Source of the DNA: Candidatus Pacearchaeota archaeon
Lineage (GTDB): Archaea > Nanobdellota > Nanobdellia > Pacearchaeales > GW2011-AR1
DNA length: 47,866 nucleotides
NCBI GenBank assembly: GCA_018304325.1
Contig: JAGVWM010000021.1
Span: 1 to 47,866, forward strand
Reading direction: 5' to 3'
Both the position numbers and the translations under genes were made by a program. Shown here one piece after another: positions 43,501 to 47,866 of this stretch. The notes beneath the pieces are model-generated. The model made no database searches. It saw only the letters and a program-made list of their open reading frames with translations, and was not told where the DNA came from. Each line of letters starts with the position of its first letter. Position 1 is the stretch's first letter.

Positions 43501-43732
43501 GCGCGCGCTTCCGTCCCCCACCCTAAAATAGTGCAGGTTCTCAAACTCTCTCCGCTTCGCTCCGAGCCACGACTTGCAGGCTCTCACTTTGTTCTAGGCG
43601 TTGAACAGACATTAAAAGGAAAATCCTTGCAGGATTTTGCCCAAATTTCTTGCTTATTGATAAGCTTTTAGTTAGGCAAGAAACATCTTTTAATGTCATA
43701 TGTTCTATTCAATAATTTCAGGGGCTAACGAA

Positions 43733-43774
43733 AGGGGCAATTTTAACTAAACGAAACGACGGGGGGAATTCCGT
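43733..43774 (+). repeat. Inverted repeat, left arm, flanking the AsnB-fusion gene
   Basis: AGGGGCAATTTT-(16 nt)-GGGGGGAATTCCGT. The outer 12 nt and inner 14 nt are exact reverse complements of 46944-46985. Confidence 0.75.
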
Positions 43775-43831
43775 AACGACGACTTTAAAAATAGCAATGT
43801 TTATAATTAAATTAGATAATATTATATTAAG

Positions 43832-46800
43832 ATGTGCGGAATAACTGCTATATTTGGAAATTATAAAGAAAAAGAGGATTTCGTAAAGATTTCTCTAGAT
43901 AAAATTCAACATAGAGGAACGAGCATATTTGAATATAAAATATTTAGTAATGGCGCTCTTGGTGCAAATAGGTTGCCTATTGTTGATAGAGAACACGGAC
44001 AACAACCTCTATCAAATGAAGATAATACTATTTTTGCAGTTCAGAATGGGGAGATATTTAATTATATTTCAATAAAAGAAATGCTTCAAAAGAAAGGTCA
44101 TAAATTTAAGACTAATTGTGATACTGAAGTTCTTGCTCATCTCTATGAAGAGTTTGGAGAAAAACTAATTGATTATATTGATTCAGAGATGTTTTCTTTT
44201 GTAATTTATGACTCAAAAAAAGATAAATTCTTTGTCGCTCGAGATAGATTTGGAGTAAAACCCTTATTTTATGCCATTGATAAAAACAATTTCTATTTTG
44301 GTTCTGAATTAAAACAGCTAGTTCAATTTGACTTTATCAAAGAAGTGAAAATCTTTCCAAAAGGGCATTATATGGCTGATGGGAAACTAAAAAAGTATTA
44401 CGATTTAAAGTATGATAATTCTATTAAAAACTTAGAGCATGCCAAAACTAAATTAACGAATTTAATCGTAGAAGCAGTTAAAAAAAGAGTAGATACGGAT
44501 TTACCTATTGCTGTTTTGCTAAGCGGTGGAGTGGACAGCAGTTTAATTATGGAAATAGCCACAAGATTCCATAAAGATGTTACTGCTTTTATATTGGGTA
44601 TGCCTGGTTCTTCTGATTATGAAGCCGCAGTTAAGTTATGTAAAGATAATAAATACAAACATAAAATAGTTTACCCTAATGTTGATTATGCCAAAGAATT
44701 TGAGAAATTGATTTATCATTTAGAATTGTATGAGGCACAAGTAATCAGACAATCTTTTGCGTTGGATATTCTCGCAAAAGAAGTAGTAAGAACAGGTTAT
44801 AGAATTGCTTTAGTTGGTGAAGCATCAGACGAAATATTTGGAGGATATAATGAGTTTTCTCGTTTGAATAATGAAAATATCAATAAAGGATGTTTCATGA
44901 TTACTGATGATTTAGAAAAAAGTCATAATGTTAGAGTGGATAGAATGAGTATGAAACATGCTCTAGAAACAAGAGCACCTTTCTTTGATACAAAAGTTGT
45001 TGAATTTGCTATGAAAATTGATGGAAAACTTAAAGTAAAAAGAGAAAATCATCAAATAACAACAAAATATATTTTAAGAAAAGTTGCTGAACAATTTTTG
45101 CCTGATTATATAACTTGGAGGTACAAGGTTCCTTTTGCAAATGGTGCTGGGATGAATGTTGGATATAATTTTAGGTCTCAAGATGGAGATGTTGCAAAAG
45201 AAATATTATCCTATAAAAAGGCAAGTTTAGACAAAAAAACTAAAGAAAAGTATGGGTTTCTAACTGATGAAGAATTAGTTTATTTTGATGCATACAAAAC
45301 TTTCAAATTCGACAAACTTTTCAATAACTGGCAGAGAATTATCACAAAGGAAACACTTAGCAAAATAGATGAAAACACTAATGAAATCAGAATTCTTGTT
45401 GCAGAATTTGGGAGACTTCCTCTTTATTTCCCAGTTTATCTTGCTTCTAGAGTAAAAATATACAAAAAACATAAGTTAGATGTAGATTTTATTACTTCTG
45501 GCGGTGATGATTTAACTTATAATTCCTTATTATCTGGTTCTGCTCAGATAGGAATAGCAGACCCAATTTTTACATTTACAGAGAATTTTTCCACTAAGGG
45601 GAAGATTATCGGACAATTGGTTGGAAAAGTGCCTATTGTTGCTGTAACTTTGAATCCTTCAATAAAAGTAACTCAAATAAATGATTTAGAAAAATATAGG
45701 ATTGGAACATTTCAAGAATATTCAACAACTAATACTTTAATGAAAGAACTGCTTCCAACTAAAGAATTAATCCCAATAAAGTATTCTGAAATTACTCAGG
45801 CATTAAAAGATAGAAAAATTGACATAGGAATTATGACTCCTGATCTGGCGTATGACTTAATAGGGAAAGGCGGCCATATTATATACAAATTTGAAGAGAA
45901 ATTTGGAGATTATCTATTTACAGGCGTAACAATATGTGATAATCTAGACCCGAGATTTCATCCCGCCATTAAATCATTCTTAGCATCTATTAAAGAATCT
46001 GTAAATCTTATAAAAAAGAATAAGAAGGAAGCATTTGCCCAGTTTAAAATGGAATTCCCAGAAATGCTTAATCATGAAGAAATGTTTGATTATCTGATTC
46101 ATTTTTGGAATAAAAAACTTACTATATCTGAAAGTGGAATAAAGAGAGCAAAACATACGTGGCAAAAAGTATATCCTTGGTTAATAAAATCTAATATGCC
46201 TCAATTCATAAAACCACGACCAGAAGATGAAATCTTAAGAATCCTAAGCGATAGAGATATATCTAGAGATATTCCTTATATGGAAGATAAAATGGCAGAT
46301 ATTATATGCCAGAATATAAAAGAGAAAACTCCAATATCTCTAGTTGGATTTTGGGGTGCTTCTGACAAGCATAAATTCGATGAAAAAGATAATAATGCAA
46401 TAAACAAGCTTAAGAGCCTAAATTCTGAAATTAAGAATTTGCATAAGCCAGGAATTGAATTTACTTTTATTTTAGCAGATGAACACGCAAGATTAAATAA
46501 ATGTAATAAAGAAGCATATAGCCTATATTTAAAAGAAATTGAAAAAAAACTTAAAGAAGCGGGATTCAAAACTATTTTCTTAAGCGAAATCTGGAAGAAA
46601 TATAAAATCTCTGACGAGTTAATCTACGCAAAACTAAAGAAATTAAAAGATTCTGAATGGAGAGACGTAATAAATCATAAAGAATTAGAAAAGTCATCAA
46701 GAAACAGGGAATTAAAAGATTATAAGCAAGAAGCGAAACGATACTTTATTTGCAGAAAGATGGAATCAGAAGCTCTGCTCAAAGAATTTCCAAATATGAT

Positions 46801-46912
46801 ATTTAACACATATGGAGAAGATATACACCAAAATCTATTCCCTGATTGCCCAATCATTTACTTTTGGGTAACTAACCGAGGATATACGATTTCACCTTGG
46901 TTGGATAAATGA
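43832..46912 (+). CDS. Three-part fusion: asparagine synthetase (glutamine-hydrolysing) + periplasmic-binding-protein-like (NMT1/SsuA-type) domain + unknown C-terminal domain
   Basis: The N-terminal MCGI (Ntn Cys2), SGGVDSS PP-loop and EASDEIFGGY match AsnB. The middle, RILVAEFGRLPLYFPVYLASRVKIYKKHKLDVDFITSGG...GIADP, looks like a type 2 PBP. The last ~230 aa (LVGFWGASDK...ILADEHARLN...TISPWL) are unassigned. Confidence 0.7.
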   Translation: MCGITAIFGNYKEKEDFVKISLDKIQHRGTSIFEYKIFSNGALGANRLPIVDREHGQQPLSNEDNTIFAVQNGEIFNYISIKEMLQKKGHKFKTNCDTEVLAHLYEEFGEKLIDYIDSEMFSFVIYDSKKDKFFVARDRFGVKPLFYAIDKNNFYFGSELKQLVQFDFIKEVKIFPKGHYMADGKLKKYYDLKYDNSIKNLEHAKTKLTNLIVEAVKKRVDTDLPIAVLLSGGVDSSLIMEIATRFHKDVTAFILGMPGSSDYEAAVKLCKDNKYKHKIVYPNVDYAKEFEKLIYHLELYEAQVIRQSFALDILAKEVVRTGYRIALVGEASDEIFGGYNEFSRLNNENINKGCFMITDDLEKSHNVRVDRMSMKHALETRAPFFDTKVVEFAMKIDGKLKVKRENHQITTKYILRKVAEQFLPDYITWRYKVPFANGAGMNVGYNFRSQDGDVAKEILSYKKASLDKKTKEKYGFLTDEELVYFDAYKTFKFDKLFNNWQRIITKETLSKIDENTNEIRILVAEFGRLPLYFPVYLASRVKIYKKHKLDVDFITSGGDDLTYNSLLSGSAQIGIADPIFTFTENFSTKGKIIGQLVGKVPIVAVTLNPSIKVTQINDLEKYRIGTFQEYSTTNTLMKELLPTKELIPIKYSEITQALKDRKIDIGIMTPDLAYDLIGKGGHIIYKFEEKFGDYLFTGVTICDNLDPRFHPAIKSFLASIKESVNLIKKNKKEAFAQFKMEFPEMLNHEEMFDYLIHFWNKKLTISESGIKRAKHTWQKVYPWLIKSNMPQFIKPRPEDEILRILSDRDISRDIPYMEDKMADIICQNIKEKTPISLVGFWGASDKHKFDEKDNNAINKLKSLNSEIKNLHKPGIEFTFILADEHARLNKCNKEAYSLYLKEIEKKLKEAGFKTIFLSEIWKKYKISDELIYAKLKKLKDSEWRDVINHKELEKSSRNRELKDYKQEAKRYFICRKMESEALLKEFPNMIFNTYGEDIHQNLFPDCPIIYFWVTNRGYTISPWLDK

Positions 46913-46913
46913 T

Positions 46914-46940
46914 CTTCTTTTTGTAAAAAGAAGCAAAAAC
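46914..46940. terminator. T/A-rich palindrome CTTCTTTTTGTAAAAAGAAG + CAAAAAC after the AsnB fusion
   Basis: Starts 2 nt after the stop codon and belongs to the same family as 42696-42725. Confidence 0.4.
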
Positions 46941-46943
46941 ACG

Positions 46944-46985
46944 ACGGAATTCCCCCCTACGAAACGACGACTGAAAATTGCCCCT
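46944..46985 (-). repeat. Inverted repeat, right arm
   Basis: ACGGAATTCCCCCC-(16 nt)-AAAATTGCCCCT. Confidence 0.75.
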
Positions 46986-47275
46986 TGATACTTATTCTTG
47001 ATGGCTCACTGTGTTCGCTTGATTGAATACGCCCCTGAAATTACTTTGATTTTTTGCTCTTCGAGCATCGTTGCACTAAAATTCAAGTCCTAACGGACGA
47101 GTTTAACAGGGCTTAACCGACTACGAAACCTTGCAGGTTTCTCCGTCCAAATTTTGCCCCATCTCTGAAAATTTCTCCAGCTCTGTTCTGATTTTCCAGC
47201 TCTGAACTGTGGTTCGAGGGAAAATCCTCACGAGGTCGAAATTTTCGAGGGGTCAAAACTTCGTATATCCCTGAC

Positions 47276-47447
47276 GTTAGTTTCAATTGCAAATTCTCTA
47301 TACTTTAAAATAAAATCCAAAAATTAAGAGAGGGCACTTCAATTCCCCCGACCACCCGCCCCTAAATTGTAGAAATTGTTGTAAATAAAAGGTGAGCCGC
47401 CTTGGTGCTTCGCACATTTACTCTCGCTTTCAGCGAGGCAGAAAAAC
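47276..47447 (+). repeat. Long direct repeat, copy 2 (~172 bp)
   Basis: Same core as 40980-41122. It is followed by a different-sequence hairpin CTCGC-TTTCA-GCGAG and CAGAAAAAC. Confidence 0.8.
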
Positions 47448-47532
47448 TTCTTTTATCCGACCAACGAAAAACTCACGAAATTAAAATTTCGTCCAACAAA
47501 GGATAAAAGGCTTCGCCCAAATTTTTTTGATA

Positions 47533-47866
47533 TTATTGGGGAGTTTTCTTAATATCCTTTTTCATTTCCTTTAATAAATCTAATAATGAATCTCCTAAAT
47601 CATTACGATAAAATGTTTCTTCTTTAAGTCCTGTTTTTGTATGAGAATAAATTTTCCATCCAACCCCTTTATTAGAATCAATAAAAGAATCTGCCAATCC
47701 ATCATATAGAGTTTTATCCTTTCCTGCTTTTTGGAATTTGGCTAAAGGAACTCTGACTTTTGTAAAGGTAGTTAAAACTTCATTAAGTTTTAGTTTGGTA
47801 TTTTCACTCAATGAATTTCTTTTTTTATCAATATCGTTTAGAAATCTAATTAATTCATAAGCTCCT
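47533..47866 (-). CDS. Hypothetical protein, C-terminal part (frame open to window edge)
   Basis: The track starts at a TTG. The same frame continues upstream (AYELIRFLNDIDKKRNSLSENTK...) to the end of the window. Confidence 0.45.
   Translation of the reverse strand, partial: GAYELIRFLNDIDKKRNSLSENTKLKLNEVLTTFTKVRVPLAKFQKAGKDKTLYDGLADSFIDSNKGVGWKIYSHTKTGLKEETFYRNDLGDSLLDLLKEMKKDIKKTPQ

Noticed and set aside
39249-47530. Calling the region a bona fide integron.
   Set aside because: By eye the recombinase has only ~60 residues between KGKKDR and HTLRH, so it lacks the IntI-specific insertion. I found one RYYYAAC/GTTRRRY-like pair (40245/40302) but no inner L-box pairing, and the 171-bp repeats do not fold as attC-like imperfect palindromes. 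I kept it as a hypothesis in the findings, not as a feature.
40741-47530. tRNA, split-tRNA halves, SRP RNA or RNase P RNA hidden in the GC-rich blocks.
   Set aside because: I could not fold any cloverleaf or find conserved SRP or RNase P motifs. GGTTCGAGGG at about 47211 lacks matching acceptor and anticodon arms.

Overview
AT-rich archaeal chromosome fragment, with coding regions at roughly 25-32% G+C by eye. The gene content fits a DPANN-type, probably episymbiotic, archaeon. Housekeeping genes I recognise from motifs are PCNA, an AEP primase with a C-terminal helical domain, Hjc resolvase, RadB, class II LysRS, acylphosphatase, type IA topoisomerase and a Xer-like tyrosine recombinase. They are interleaved with many Cys-rich, membrane-anchored surface proteins and pilin-like (class III signal peptide) proteins, and with four toxin-antitoxin pairs: MNT/HEPN, AbiE-like, and two PIN/AbrB. 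Five things stand out. (1) There are diversity-generating retroelement (DGR) parts: a template repeat and variable repeat differing almost only at template adenines, a second target-like gene, and a 5'-truncated DGR-type reverse transcriptase 11 kb away. (2) A 3.2-kb cargo transposon has perfect 21-bp terminal inverted repeats and a 7-bp target-site duplication. (3) The region at 40.1-47.5 kb, next to the tyrosine recombinase, is cassette-like. Its genes (ggt, PIN/AbrB, a 1026-aa AsnB fusion) are separated by unusually GC-rich, hairpin-dense blocks with long direct and inverted repeats. (4) A radical-SAM homologue lacks its CxxxCxxC motif. (5) Several surface-protein genes are interrupted by 1-nt shifts or by a 62-bp tandem duplication. 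All family calls come from motif recognition by eye; no searches were run.
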